From Verrucomicrobiia bacterium (GTDB lineage: Bacteria > Verrucomicrobiota > Verrucomicrobiia > Limisphaerales > Palsa-1400), in the NCBI GenBank assembly GCA_036272955.1, contig DATAXU010000188.1, positions 7,995 through 71,994 on the forward strand: a DNA stretch of 64,000 nt, read 5' to 3'. This document shows positions 46,781-57,580 of the stretch, in pieces. The translations under genes and the position numbers were made by a program. The notes under the pieces are model-generated. The model was not told the DNA's origin, searched no databases, and saw only the letters and a program-made list of their open reading frames with translations. How positions within the stretch are numbered: the first letter of the stretch is position 1; each line of letters begins with the position of its first letter.

Positions 46781-47962
46781 GTGATCCTCGTGCCGTCCAA
46801 AATGGGACAATGGAACAAGCGCGCCTTGCTGGCACGATTGCAATTACTCGGCAGCGCCTCGCGCGCGGAATTAGCCAAATCCCTCGGCCTGAGCCAGCCG
46901 ACGGCGGGGAAAATTGTCGATGAAATGCTCGAGATCGGCCTGTTGCGGGAGTTCGACGAAGACCGCCGGCAAACGGCAACGCTCGGGCGGCCGGGCCGTA
47001 TGTTGCGTTTCGATAACCGCCGTCCCCGGTTGGTCACGATCCAGTTGGGAGTCACGGAGACGAGTGTGAGCGCCGCTGCCGTCGGCGCCATTGGCGAGGA
47101 CGACTGGCAGATTCAATTCGCCACGCCGTCCGCTCCCGCGAAATGGCGGAGTGCGCTCGGCAAGGCCGCCGGACGCATCGTGGGCAAAGGCCTTTGGGGT
47201 GTCGTCGCCAGCGTGCCCGGCGTCGTGGACGAAAATAATGGAACAGTGCTTTTCTCGCCTAATTTGCATTGGACCGAAGGCTCCGTATTGCCCGGATTGA
47301 TCGGCCAAATTTGGAGCGCTCCAATCGCCTTGGTGCAGGAGGAACGCGCGCTGGCCCTCGGCCATCAGGCCGCCGCCCCGACGCAGGAGGATTTTCTTTT
47401 GGCGGATTTCGGCGAAGGGGTTGGCGGCGCGGCGATGATCGGCGGCAAACCCTTCGTTCCGCCGCTGCCCATCAGTGGCGAATTGGGCCACACTCCCGTC
47501 CTCGGAAACAAGCGGCCCTGCGGCTGCGGCGGAGTCGGCTGCCTGGAAACGCTCGTTTCGACTTCCGGTTTGCTGCGAAGTTTTGCCGCTTCTCGACCCA
47601 GGGCGGATGCCACCTGGCCCGGCTTTGTTCGATTCATAGCGGGGCAGGGGATTGTCCCCTGGCTGGCGGACACGTTGGAATCCGCGGCCGGCATTATCGC
47701 GGGCGCCCTCAATGTCTGGGGACTTCGCCGTGTTGTCGTCACTGGTTGCCTGGGGGAATTGCACCCTGGCGTATTGCGTTATCTGGCCGCGGCCATCGAG
47801 CGCGGCAGCCTCTGGGCGCGATTGGGAAGGGTCGAAGTCGAGAGCGCTCCCCGCCGCCGGACTGCCGGTTTGGTGGCCACGGGCATTGAACGATTGGTCC
47901 TGCCGATGATCGAAGGAGAATCCGGGACCGCGAATCTGATTAAAAAATATGAGCACAGGTAA
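46781..47962 (+). CDS. ROK-family transcriptional regulator (NagC/XylR-like)
   Basis: N-terminal wHTH (RAELAKSLGLSQPTAGKIVDEMLEIGLL). ROK sugar-kinase-like fold with the CGCGGVGCLET zinc motif. Adjacent to the arabinose genes. Confidence 0.8.
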   Translation: MILVPSKMGQWNKRALLARLQLLGSASRAELAKSLGLSQPTAGKIVDEMLEIGLLREFDEDRRQTATLGRPGRMLRFDNRRPRLVTIQLGVTETSVSAAAVGAIGEDDWQIQFATPSAPAKWRSALGKAAGRIVGKGLWGVVASVPGVVDENNGTVLFSPNLHWTEGSVLPGLIGQIWSAPIALVQEERALALGHQAAAPTQEDFLLADFGEGVGGAAMIGGKPFVPPLPISGELGHTPVLGNKRPCGCGGVGCLETLVSTSGLLRSFAASRPRADATWPGFVRFIAGQGIVPWLADTLESAAGIIAGALNVWGLRRVVVTGCLGELHPGVLRYLAAAIERGSLWARLGRVEVESAPRRRTAGLVATGIERLVLPMIEGESGTANLIKKYEHR

Positions 47963-49889
47963 GAAAATCGCCGCCATTTCGGCCGGCCTCGTTTGTTGCG
48001 CCGTTGGATTGTTCGCCGAGCCGGCAAAGGATTATCCGTTGCAGCCGGTGCCCTTTACGGCCGTGCATCTCACAGACGAATTCTGGGCGCCGCGAATCGA
48101 AACCAACCGCGTGACGACGATCCCGTATGCGTTTCAGAAATGCGAAGATACGGGGCGCATGGACAATTTTTTGCGCGCCGCAAAAGCCCTTCGCGGTGAA
48201 ACGCTCACGAACACAAATCCCCCCGGCTACCCCTTCGACGACACCGATGTCTATAAAGTCCTCGAAGGCGCTTCGTATGCTTTGGCCGTCCAGCCGGACC
48301 CGAAAATGCGCGAATATTTGGACAGCATAATTGCCGAGATCGGCGCGGCCCAGGAGCCGGACGGCTATCTTTACACCGCGCGCACCATCAACCCCAAACA
48401 TCCCCACCCATGGTCGGGTCCAGTCCGCTGGCTGCGCGATCCTGAGTTGAGCCACGAACTCTACGATGCCGGCCATTTGTTCGAGGCCGCCGCCGCCCAT
48501 TACCAGGCGACGGGCGAAACTAATTTGCTCCACATCGCACTTAAAGAAGCCGATTTGCTCTGCCGCACTTTTGGCCCCGCCACCAACCAACTCCACCTCT
48601 GGCCGGGGCACGAAGTTGTCGAAATGGGGCTGGTCAAACTGTACCGGATTACCGGCGAGCCGCGCTACCTCGCTCTCGCCAAATATTTCATCGATGTCCG
48701 CGGCCCCGGTGGCGACGATTACCACCAATCCCGCATCAAACCCGTCGATCAAACCAACGCCATCGGCCACGCGGTGCGCGCGGGCTATCTTTACAGCGGT
48801 ATGGCGGACGTCGCGGCGCTCACGGGCGACGCCAGCTACGTCAACGCCATCGACAGGATTTGGCAAAATGCCGTGGGCGATAAATTATATATTACAGGCG
48901 GCATCGGCGCGGTTCCCAACGGCGAGGCGTTCGGTCCGGACTATTTTCTGCCGAACAGTACCGCCTACTGCGAGACGTGCGCCGCCGTGGCGAATGATTT
49001 TTGGAACGAGCGATTGTTTCTCCTTCATGGCGAGGCAAAGTATGCCGACGTTATGGAGCGGACGCTCTACAACGGCCTGCTTTCGGGAGTATCGCTCGAT
49101 GGAAAGCTTTTCTTTTATCCCAATCCGCTCGCGTCGGCGGGGCAGAATTCCCGGAGTCCCTGGTTTGGATGCGCCTGTTGCCCCGGCAACATCACGCGTT
49201 TCATGGCGTCCGTTCCCGGTTATTTCTATGCGCGCCAGGGCAAGTCCATTTACGTCAATCTTTTCGCGTCCGGCGTGGCGGAGATCAAATTGGACAACGG
49301 CCCTTTTGTGAAATTGACCCAGGAGACGCACTATCCTTGGGACGGCGCGGTGCGCATTCAGGTCAGCCCGGATAAATCCTCAAAGTTTGCATTGCGCGTC
49401 CGCGTGCCCGGATGGGCGCGGGACGAGGCGGTCCCGGGCGGTTTGTACACGTTTATTGACAAGGAAACCGAACAGCCTTCGTTGCAGGTGAACGGGCGGC
49501 CTGTCGCGCTCAAGACCGACGATGGCTACGCAGTGATCGAGCGCCGGTGGAAGAAAGGCGATACCGTCCTTTTGACCCTGCCGATGCCGGTGCGCCGCGT
49601 GGCCGCCCGTGAAGAGGTCGTCGCTGACCGCGGGCGCGTCGCCTTGCAACGTGGGCCTTTGGTTTATTGCCTGGAGTGGCCGGACAACCCCGGAGTCCAT
49701 GTCCCGGACGTGGTCTTGCCCGACAACGAAGAACTGACGGCGCAATTCGAGCCGGACCTGCTCAACGGCGTCGAAACCATCAAAGGAAGGCGCGTTACGG
49801 CCATTCCTTATTATGCCTGGGCCAACCGCGGCAAAGGGGATATGGAGGTCTGGATTCGCGATTCCGGACAGTCGCAATCGAAGAATTGA
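47949..49889 (+). CDS. Glycoside hydrolase family 127 (beta-L-arabinofuranosidase, DUF1680)
   Basis: Typical N-terminus (VPFTAVHLTDEFWAPRIETNRVTTIPYAFQKCEDTGRMDNF). YCETCA and GCACCPGN match the Glu/Cys Zn site and catalytic Cys context of HypBA1-type enzymes. Confidence 0.85.
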   Translation: MSTGKKIAAISAGLVCCAVGLFAEPAKDYPLQPVPFTAVHLTDEFWAPRIETNRVTTIPYAFQKCEDTGRMDNFLRAAKALRGETLTNTNPPGYPFDDTDVYKVLEGASYALAVQPDPKMREYLDSIIAEIGAAQEPDGYLYTARTINPKHPHPWSGPVRWLRDPELSHELYDAGHLFEAAAAHYQATGETNLLHIALKEADLLCRTFGPATNQLHLWPGHEVVEMGLVKLYRITGEPRYLALAKYFIDVRGPGGDDYHQSRIKPVDQTNAIGHAVRAGYLYSGMADVAALTGDASYVNAIDRIWQNAVGDKLYITGGIGAVPNGEAFGPDYFLPNSTAYCETCAAVANDFWNERLFLLHGEAKYADVMERTLYNGLLSGVSLDGKLFFYPNPLASAGQNSRSPWFGCACCPGNITRFMASVPGYFYARQGKSIYVNLFASGVAEIKLDNGPFVKLTQETHYPWDGAVRIQVSPDKSSKFALRVRVPGWARDEAVPGGLYTFIDKETEQPSLQVNGRPVALKTDDGYAVIERRWKKGDTVLLTLPMPVRRVAAREEVVADRGRVALQRGPLVYCLEWPDNPGVHVPDVVLPDNEELTAQFEPDLLNGVETIKGRRVTAIPYYAWANRGKGDMEVWIRDSGQSQSKN

Positions 49890-49942
49890 TATTTCCGCTT
49901 TACTTAACACTGTTTATATAATAGACAACACGGACTGCCTGC

Positions 49943-51454
49943 ATGATTGATTTCAAACAATTCGAAATCTGGTTCGTCACGGGGAGCCAGCACCTTTACG
50001 GTCCGGCTGCGTTGGAGAAAGTCGCGGCCAACGCCCGCCAGGTCGCCGGCCACCTCAACGACTGCCGCCATGTCCCGGCGAAAGTCGTTTTCAAGCCCGT
50101 CGTCAAAAGCGCGGAGGACGCCACCGCCCTTTGCGAACAGGCCGGCAACGACCCAAAATGCGCGGGCCTGATTACCTGGTGCCACACCTTTTCCCCGTCG
50201 AAAATGTGGATTAACGGCCTGCGCCTCCTGCGCAAGCCGTTGCTCCATTTTCACACCCAGCACAATCGCGATATCCCATGGGCCACCATTGACATGGATT
50301 TCATGAACCTCAACCAGGCCGCCCACGGCGACCGCGAACACGGCTTCATTATGAGCCGCATGAGGATGGAGCGCGCGGTCGTGGTCGGTTTCTGGCAGGA
50401 TGTGGACACCCAGATTCAAATCGGCGAATGGACGCGCGCCGCCGTCGCCTGGCAGGATTGGCAGGGCGCCAAATTCTGCCGCTTCGGGGACAACATGCGC
50501 GAAGTCGCCGTGACCGAAGGTGACAAGGTCGCCGCCCAAATCCAGTTTGGATATTCCGTCAACGGCTACGGCATGGGCGATCTGGTCAAACGCGTGAACC
50601 AGGTTTCTGACCGCGAGATCGATGGTTTGATTTCTGAATATGAAGCCAGCTACAAAGTCGCCCCCAAATTGCGGGCGGGCGGCGCCATGCGCGCTTCCCT
50701 GCGTGAGGCGGCGCGAATTGAGGCCGGCCTTCGCGCATTTCTGACAGACGGCAATTTCAAGGGCTTCACCGATACGTTCGAGGATTTGCACGGCTTGCAA
50801 CAATTGCCCGGCATCGCGGCCCAGCGCCTCATGGCCGAGGGTTATGGGTTTGGCGCGGAAGGGGATTGGAAAACCGCCGCGTTGGTGCGGGCGATGAAAG
50901 TCATGGCGAGCGGTCTCAAAGGCGGTTGTTCGTTCATGGAGGACTACACGTATCACCTCGCGCCCAACAACATGAAAGTGCTCGGCGCGCACATGCTCGA
51001 AATTTGCCCCAGCATCGCGCACGGCAAACCGTCCATGGAAATCCATCCGCTCGGAATCGGCGGCAAGGCTGACCCCGTGCGATTGGTGTTTGACACTCCG
51101 CCCGGTGCGGGCCTCAACGCTTCTATTATTGACATGGGAAATCGCTTTCGTTTGCTCATCAACGAAGTCGATGTCGTCCGCCCCGGCAAACCGCTCCCCA
51201 GATTGCCGGTCGCACGCGCGGTGTGGCTCTGCCGCCCCGATCTTCCGACCGCCGCCGCCGCGTGGATTTATGCCGGAGGCGCGCACCACACGGGATTCAG
51301 CCAGGCCGTCACCACCGGGATGCTCGAACATTTCGGAAACATGGCTGGGATTGAAATTGTTATTATTGACGCAAATACCCGCCTGCGCGAGTTCAGGAAA
51401 GAATTGCGCTCCAACGAGGTTTATTACGCGCTCGCGCGCGGCTTTGGCCGATGA
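49943..51454 (+). CDS. araA: L-arabinose isomerase
   Basis: [21 protein letters not shown].. and full-length (503 aa) AraA-like sequence. Confidence 0.9.
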   Translation: MIDFKQFEIWFVTGSQHLYGPAALEKVAANARQVAGHLNDCRHVPAKVVFKPVVKSAEDATALCEQAGNDPKCAGLITWCHTFSPSKMWINGLRLLRKPLLHFHTQHNRDIPWATIDMDFMNLNQAAHGDREHGFIMSRMRMERAVVVGFWQDVDTQIQIGEWTRAAVAWQDWQGAKFCRFGDNMREVAVTEGDKVAAQIQFGYSVNGYGMGDLVKRVNQVSDREIDGLISEYEASYKVAPKLRAGGAMRASLREAARIEAGLRAFLTDGNFKGFTDTFEDLHGLQQLPGIAAQRLMAEGYGFGAEGDWKTAALVRAMKVMASGLKGGCSFMEDYTYHLAPNNMKVLGAHMLEICPSIAHGKPSMEIHPLGIGGKADPVRLVFDTPPGAGLNASIIDMGNRFRLLINEVDVVRPGKPLPRLPVARAVWLCRPDLPTAAAAWIYAGGAHHTGFSQAVTTGMLEHFGNMAGIEIVIIDANTRLREFRKELRSNEVYYALARGFGR

Positions 51455-53133
51455 AAGCGATTCCCGCATACACCATCGGTTTGGATTACGGCACCAATTC
51501 CGTTCGCGCCTTGATTGTCGATAGCGCCGATGGCCGCGAAATCGCCAGCGCCGTTTGGGTTTACGAGCACGGCGACTCCGGCGTCATCCTTTCCCGCGAT
51601 CCCAACCTCGCCCGCCAGCACCCCGCCGACTATCTCAAAGGCGCCGAACTCACCATCAAAAAGGCGCTTGCGGACGCGAAGAGAAAAACACGCGGATTCA
51701 AGCCGGACCAGGTTGTTGGAATTGGTGTTGACACAACCGGCAGCACGCCTTTGCCTGTGGATGCCCGGGGAAATGCCCTCGCGTTGGACCGGCGTTTTGC
51801 GAAAAACCCGGCGGCGATGGCTTGGTTATGGAAAGACCACACCGGAGTCGAGGAAGCGGCCGACATCACCGGCCTGGCGAAAAAAATCCGCCCGCAATAC
51901 CTCGCCAAATGCGGTGGCGCTTATTCGAGCGAATGGTTTTTCAGTAAAATCCTCCGCTGCTTGCGCGGCAACCCCGAAGTCTATGACGCCGCCGCATCCT
52001 GGGTTGAACTGGCAGACTTTGTCCCGGCGGCTTTGACCGGAACCCAGGCGCGCGAAAATTTCACCGCCGGCATTTGCGCCGCGGGCCACAAGGCGATGTA
52101 CAACGAGGATTGGGGCGGCTATCCCGATTCGGAATTTCTCGCGCGGCTTTCGCCCAGGCTTGGCCCTTTGCGCGATCGTCTCTGCAAAAAAGCGCGCAAC
52201 GTCAGCTCCAGCGCGGGCGGCCTTTCGCGGGAATGGGCGCTGCGCACTGGCTTGCGCGAGGGGATTCCCGTGGCGATCGGCGCTTTCGACGCGCATTTGG
52301 GTGCCATCGGCGCCGGGATTGCCCCGGGCACGCTGGTCAAAATCATAGGCACCAGCACCTGTGACATTGCCGTTTGGCCGCTAAAGGAAATGCTCCCCGA
52401 CATCCCCGGCCTTTGTGGCATTGTCAGCGGCAGTGTACTGCCGGATTGCTACGGCCTGGAAGCGGGCCAATCCGCCGTAGGCGACATCTTCAACTGGTTT
52501 GTCAATTATATTCAGCCCGGCGGAAAAAAAATAGGCTCGCACGAGGCCCTCACTCGCGGCGCTTCCAAATTGCGCCCCGGCGAATCCGGCTTGCTGGCCC
52601 TGGATTGGAACAACGGCAACCGGACCGTCCTGGTGGACCAGCGCCTCACCGGCCTGATGCTCGGACAGACTCTTTACACCTCGCCTCCGGAAATTTATCG
52701 CGCGCTGATTGAAGCCACCGCCTTCGGCGCGCTGACGATCATCAATCGCTTTGAGGAATACGGCGTCAAAATTGACCAGGTCGTCAATTGCGGTGGCATC
52801 GCGGAGAAGAACCCGCTTGTCATGCAGATTTACGCCGATGTCACCGGCCGTCCGATGAAGATTTCGCGTTCGGCGCAGACCTGCGCGTTGGGCGCCGCCA
52901 TGGCCGCCGCGGTGGTCGCCAAAGCGCACCGGGATTTCGCCGCTGCCGGCAAAGCGATGACCGGTTTGAAGCCCCAAGTCGCAAAGCCTGATCCCGCCGC
53001 CCACGCCGTTTACCGCGATCTGTATTCTTTATATGCGGTATTGCATGACGCCTTCGGCACGGCACAATGGAACGGAAGCCTGCACCATGTGATGAAACGT
53101 TTGATTGACCTGCGCAATCGCGCCCGTGTTTGA
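51451..53133 (+). CDS. araB: Ribulokinase
   Basis: [22 protein letters not shown]-kinase N-terminus, 560 aa. ATGA overlap with araA. Confidence 0.9.
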   Translation: MKAIPAYTIGLDYGTNSVRALIVDSADGREIASAVWVYEHGDSGVILSRDPNLARQHPADYLKGAELTIKKALADAKRKTRGFKPDQVVGIGVDTTGSTPLPVDARGNALALDRRFAKNPAAMAWLWKDHTGVEEAADITGLAKKIRPQYLAKCGGAYSSEWFFSKILRCLRGNPEVYDAAASWVELADFVPAALTGTQARENFTAGICAAGHKAMYNEDWGGYPDSEFLARLSPRLGPLRDRLCKKARNVSSSAGGLSREWALRTGLREGIPVAIGAFDAHLGAIGAGIAPGTLVKIIGTSTCDIAVWPLKEMLPDIPGLCGIVSGSVLPDCYGLEAGQSAVGDIFNWFVNYIQPGGKKIGSHEALTRGASKLRPGESGLLALDWNNGNRTVLVDQRLTGLMLGQTLYTSPPEIYRALIEATAFGALTIINRFEEYGVKIDQVVNCGGIAEKNPLVMQIYADVTGRPMKISRSAQTCALGAAMAAAVVAKAHRDFAAAGKAMTGLKPQVAKPDPAAHAVYRDLYSLYAVLHDAFGTAQWNGSLHHVMKRLIDLRNRARV

Positions 53134-53137
53134 ACCT

Positions 53138-53839
53138 ATGCTGGAGGCGCTTAAAAAAGCCGTCTGCAAGGCCAATCTCGATTTGGTCAAGGAGGGCCTT
53201 GTGGTTCACACATGGGGGAACGCCAGCGGAATCGATCGCGCCCGCGGCTTGGTGGTCATCAAACCTTCGGGTGTTCCCTACGCCGGCATGAAACCGTCGC
53301 AAATGGTCGTGGTCGCTCTCGATACCGGAAAGGTTGCGGAAGGCGCGTTCAAGCCAAGTTCAGACACCGCGACCCATCTCGAACTTTACCGCGCCTTCGC
53401 CGCCATTGGTGGAATTGTTCACACTCACAGTTTTTATGCGACCGCCTGGGCGCAATCCCGCCGCGGCATTCCCGCCTTGGGCACAACGCACGCGGATTAT
53501 TTTCACGGCGACATCCCCTGCACCCGCGCAATGACCCCGCGGGAAGTGAAAACGGACTACGAATCGAACACTGGCCGCGTCATCATCGAGCGCTTCAAGC
53601 GATTGGACCCGCTGCATCATCCCGCCGTGTTGGTGGCCAGCCACGGGCCATTCGCGTGGGGCGTGGATGTCGCGGAAGCCGTCCATAACGCCGCCGTCGT
53701 GGAATTTATCGCCCGATTGGCCGCCCAGACTTTTTCTCTCCAGCCGGCCATTCAACCGGTGCCCGCCGTGCTGCTGGGCAAGCATTTTTTCCGCAAGCAC
53801 GGAGCGGGCGCCTATTATGGACAAATCAAAAAACGATGA
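53138..53839 (+). CDS. araD: L-ribulose-5-phosphate 4-epimerase
   Basis: MLEALKKAVCKANLDL..HTWGNASGIDR..VIKPSGV..KPSSDTATH..GGIVHTHS..GTTHADYF..IPCTR..HGPFAWG..HNA..LLGKHFFRKHGAGAYYGQ is colinear with E. coli AraD. The start is Met12 of the track ORF. Confidence 0.9.
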   Translation: MLEALKKAVCKANLDLVKEGLVVHTWGNASGIDRARGLVVIKPSGVPYAGMKPSQMVVVALDTGKVAEGAFKPSSDTATHLELYRAFAAIGGIVHTHSFYATAWAQSRRGIPALGTTHADYFHGDIPCTRAMTPREVKTDYESNTGRVIIERFKRLDPLHHPAVLVASHGPFAWGVDVAEAVHNAAVVEFIARLAAQTFSLQPAIQPVPAVLLGKHFFRKHGAGAYYGQIKKR

Positions 53840-53857
53840 ACAGTTGACCTATTCTAT

Positions 53858-54997
53858 ATGAGAAACAAAATGATCCCTTGGATGTTCGCCCTGAGTGCCG
53901 GTGCTTGTCTCCTGGCCGGCTGCTCGAGCATGAACTCTTCGCCCCGCGAAATTACAAAAGAGCGTTTCGGCACGATGCCCACCGGCGAGCCGGTCTATAT
54001 TTATACCCTCCACAACAGCAAAGGCGCCGAAGCCCGCATCATGACTTACGGCGGCATTGTCGTTTCGCTGAAAATGCCCGACAAAAAAGGCCAGTTCAAT
54101 GACGTCGTCCTCGGTTTCGACAACCTGGATTCCTACATAAAAAGCAGCCCCTACTTTGGCGCGTTGATCGGACGCTACGGCAACCGCATCGCCGGCGGAA
54201 AATTCACCTTGGACGGCGAAACTTACAACCTCCCTATCAACGACGGCCCCAACACCCTTCACGGCGGCACCAAAGGATTCGACAAACGGCTCTGGGAGGC
54301 CAAAGCCCACAAATCCGCCGATGGCCCCCAGCTTATTCTTCATTATTTGAGCAAGGATGGCGAAGAGGGTTTCCCCGGCAATTTAGACGTCACCGCCGTC
54401 TATACGCTGACCGATGACAACGCCCTCCGCCTCGAATACACCGCCACGACCGACAAAGACACCGTCGTGAATCTCACCCACCATGGCTATTTTAACCTCG
54501 CCGGCAGCGGCGACATTCTCAGTCACGTCGTGATGATTCCGGCCAGCCATTACACCCCCGTCGATGCCACCCTCATCCCTACCGGAGAATTGGCCCCGGT
54601 CGAAAACACCCCGTTTGATTTTCGCAAGCCAACGCCCATCGGCGCGCGCATCGGCGAGGACAATGAACAGCTCAAATTCGGCAAGGGCTACGACCACAAT
54701 TGGGTCATCGACAAAAAATTTGGTGATCTCACTTTGATGGCCCGCGTCACCGAACCGACCTCCGGCAGGGTCATGGAAGTTTGGTCCACCGAGCCGGGCC
54801 TGCAATTCTATTCCGGCAATTTTCTCGACGGAACACTCATCGGCAAATACGGCTGGGTTTACGAGCATCGCGATGCCTTCTGCATGGAGCCGCAGCACTA
54901 TCCGGATTCCCCAAACAAGCCCCAATTCCCCACGACCGAACTCAAGCCCGGCGAGGTTTATCACAACCTGATCATGTACAAGTTCTCGACCCAATAA
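53858..54997 (+). CDS. galM: Aldose 1-epimerase (mutarotase), lipoprotein signal
   Basis: YGGIVVSL..DVVLGFDNLDSY..YFGALIGRYGNRIAGGKFTLDGETYNLPINDGPNTLHGG. N-terminal LLAGC lipobox. Confidence 0.85.
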   Translation: MRNKMIPWMFALSAGACLLAGCSSMNSSPREITKERFGTMPTGEPVYIYTLHNSKGAEARIMTYGGIVVSLKMPDKKGQFNDVVLGFDNLDSYIKSSPYFGALIGRYGNRIAGGKFTLDGETYNLPINDGPNTLHGGTKGFDKRLWEAKAHKSADGPQLILHYLSKDGEEGFPGNLDVTAVYTLTDDNALRLEYTATTDKDTVVNLTHHGYFNLAGSGDILSHVVMIPASHYTPVDATLIPTGELAPVENTPFDFRKPTPIGARIGEDNEQLKFGKGYDHNWVIDKKFGDLTLMARVTEPTSGRVMEVWSTEPGLQFYSGNFLDGTLIGKYGWVYEHRDAFCMEPQHYPDSPNKPQFPTTELKPGEVYHNLIMYKFSTQ

Positions 54998-55014
54998 TTC
55001 CAAAATAAACCTCC

Positions 55015-56823
55015 ATGAACCCCATATTTGCCGCCGTCGGCGCAACAACTCTCACCGGCATCGATTGGTTGGCCATCGCCTGCTACTTCGCGATTCTCGG
55101 AGGCGTCGCATGGTGGGTGGTCACGAAGGCCAAGGACAACGCCACCGATTACTTCCTGGCCGGGCGCAATCTCGGCTGGTGGGTCATTGGCGCTTCCATC
55201 TTCGCTTCCAACATCGGCAGCGAGCACATCGTCGGACTGGCGGGGTCCGGCGCCAAGGACGGCGTGGCTCTGGCCCATTACGAATTGCACGCCTGGTGCC
55301 TCCTCGTGCTCGCCTGGGTTTTCGTTCCGTTTTATGCCCGCTCCCTCGTTTTCACGATGCCGGAATTTTTGGAGCGCCGATTTTCCCCCGGCTCGCGCTA
55401 TGTCCTTTCAATCGCTTCGTTAGTCACGTTCATCGTCTCCAAGATTGCCGTCGGGATCTTCGCGGGCGGCGTCGTGTTTGGCACTCTGTTGCCGGAAATG
55501 CACATCAATATTGCGGGCCACGACTTTGACAGCTTCTGGGTCGGCACCGTTCTGGTGGTCATCCTGACCGGAATTTATACCATCGTCGGGGGAATGCGCG
55601 CTGTCGCCTATAACGATGCCGTGCAGGTCATCGTCCTGATTGGCGGCTCCGCGCTGCTCACGTTCTATGGACTGGCAAAACTCGGCGGCTGGCACGAACT
55701 GAGGCGGCTTTGCGGCTCGGACATGTTCAATCTCTGGAAACCCCTGATTCCCCACGGCGTTCAGGCAACCTGGGCCCCCGTCCTTGAGAAAAACGCCAAG
55801 GGCGACCTCGTCCGCGAAGCCTGGTACTTCAACGGCAATTACCCCTGGCTTGGAATGGCGATTTGCGCCCCTGTCATCGGCTTGTGGTATTGGTGTACCG
55901 ATCAATATATTGTACAGCGCGCCCTCGGCGCCCCCAACGAACAAACCGCCCGCCGCGGCAGTATTTTCGCGGCGTTCCTCAAATTATTCCCCGTCTATCT
56001 CTTCATCATTCCGGGCCTGATTTGTTTCGCGCTCGCCAAAAGCGGCAAGGTCCCCGGATTGGACCAAGTCTATGATCCGCAAACCCACCAGGCCACTTCC
56101 GCCGCCCAGGGTGCGTTCCCTCTGATGGTGGAATATCTCCTGCCGCCCGGCCTTCGCGGCATCGTGGTCGCCGGCCTTCTCTCCGCGCTGATGGGCTCCC
56201 TGGCCGGCGTATTTAACGCCTGTTCCACTCTCTTTACGGTGGACCTCTATGAAAAATGGCGGCCCAAAGCCTCCCAGCACGAGCTGGTTCGCATGGGCCG
56301 GATCGCCACCGCTGTCAGCGTTATTATCGCCATGTTATGGATCCCCATCGTCAAAGGCGCCGACGATCTCTACAATTATTTGCAAGCCGTTCAGGGCTAT
56401 CTCGCCCCGCCCATTTTCGTTGTGTTTTTCTTCGGCGTCTTCTGGAAACGCCTCAACGCCAAAGGCTGCTTTTGGGCCATGGTCATCGGTTTTCTCGTCG
56501 GCATCTTTCGAATGGCTGTGGACACCCCAGTCACGATGAAAACGATTTCCCAGTACCGCGAAGGCTCGTTCCTCTGGATCGTCAATAATATCAATTTCCA
56601 ATATTTCAGCATCCTCATCACGATCATTTCCGCCATCGTGATGGTGCTCGTCAGTTACGCGACGGCCCCTCCGGACTATTCGAAGATCAAGAGCCTCACC
56701 TTCGCGACCGCCACCGCTGAAGACCGCGCCAAAACCAACGCCAGTTGGGGCGCCATGGAAGTCTTCGGCTCGATTTTCGTTCTCATTTGCATCATTGGCG
56801 CTTACCTTTATTTCACAGGTTAG
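55015..56823 (+). CDS. Sodium:solute symporter (SSS/SGLT family)
   Basis: 602 aa with about 14 TM segments. DYFLAGRNLGWWVIGASIFASNIGSEHIVGLAG is the SSS signature region. Confidence 0.85.
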   Translation: MNPIFAAVGATTLTGIDWLAIACYFAILGGVAWWVVTKAKDNATDYFLAGRNLGWWVIGASIFASNIGSEHIVGLAGSGAKDGVALAHYELHAWCLLVLAWVFVPFYARSLVFTMPEFLERRFSPGSRYVLSIASLVTFIVSKIAVGIFAGGVVFGTLLPEMHINIAGHDFDSFWVGTVLVVILTGIYTIVGGMRAVAYNDAVQVIVLIGGSALLTFYGLAKLGGWHELRRLCGSDMFNLWKPLIPHGVQATWAPVLEKNAKGDLVREAWYFNGNYPWLGMAICAPVIGLWYWCTDQYIVQRALGAPNEQTARRGSIFAAFLKLFPVYLFIIPGLICFALAKSGKVPGLDQVYDPQTHQATSAAQGAFPLMVEYLLPPGLRGIVVAGLLSALMGSLAGVFNACSTLFTVDLYEKWRPKASQHELVRMGRIATAVSVIIAMLWIPIVKGADDLYNYLQAVQGYLAPPIFVVFFFGVFWKRLNAKGCFWAMVIGFLVGIFRMAVDTPVTMKTISQYREGSFLWIVNNINFQYFSILITIISAIVMVLVSYATAPPDYSKIKSLTFATATAEDRAKTNASWGAMEVFGSIFVLICIIGAYLYFTG

Positions 56824-57580
56824 CGTGGAGTCGAATCTCGAAGTCCTTTTTAGCCCCGCCGAATTTTCCGCGTTGAATGCGCCGGAATTATCGGAAGTTG
56901 TCTGCGTCGTTTTCGACGTTCTTCGCGCGACCACTTCGATGCTCACCGCCCTGGCAAACGGCGCCTCCCGTATCTTTCCCGTCCGCGAAATCTCCGATGC
57001 GATGGAATTGCGCCGCGCGCATCCGGACGCATTGCTCGCCGGCGAACGTCACGGCGTCCGCATTTTAAGCGCCCAAACCGGCGGCGTGGATTTCGATCTC
57101 GGCAATTCCCCCCGCGAATTCACCCGCGACCGCGTCACCGGTCGCGAGATTATCATGACAACCACCAACGGCACCCGCGCCCTCCAGTCCTGTGTCGGCG
57201 CCCGTCGGATTCTCGCCGGCGGCTTCGTGAATTTGCGCGCATTGGCCGGCTCCATCAGAAAAGACAATCCCGCCAAATTGCTCGTCATTTGTGCCGGCAC
57301 ATTCGAGGAAACCGCCTACGAAGACACGCTCGCTGCCGGTGCGTTATGTGATTTGGTTTGGAGCCAATTCGAACGCGGCCCCGTCGCCGATTCCGCGCAA
57401 ATCGCCCGCCAGATTTATCTCTCCGCCCAAACCAGCATGGAGAAATCCATCCAGCTTTCTCGCAACGCCCGCCGTCTCCTTGCCAATCCCGATTTGCGCG
57501 ACGACGTCAGTTTCTGCCTCCGCCGCGACAGCTTTGAAATCGTCGCCGAACTTCGCGCCGGTTCAGTCCTTCTGCAATAG
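56795..57580 (+). CDS. 2-phosphosulfolactate phosphatase (ComB) family protein
   Basis: VVFDVLRATTSMLTALANGA..IFPV..LLAGERHG.. matches the ComB family. The TTG at 56795 overlaps the symporter gene, and a GTG at 56825 is an equally plausible start. Confidence 0.7.
   Translation: MALTFISQVSVESNLEVLFSPAEFSALNAPELSEVVCVVFDVLRATTSMLTALANGASRIFPVREISDAMELRRAHPDALLAGERHGVRILSAQTGGVDFDLGNSPREFTRDRVTGREIIMTTTNGTRALQSCVGARRILAGGFVNLRALAGSIRKDNPAKLLVICAGTFEETAYEDTLAAGALCDLVWSQFERGPVADSAQIARQIYLSAQTSMEKSIQLSRNARRLLANPDLRDDVSFCLRRDSFEIVAELRAGSVLLQ

Noticed and set aside
53105-53137. Upstream start for araD overlapping araB
   Set aside because: Alignment to AraD begins at MLEALK (53138), four nt after the araB stop.
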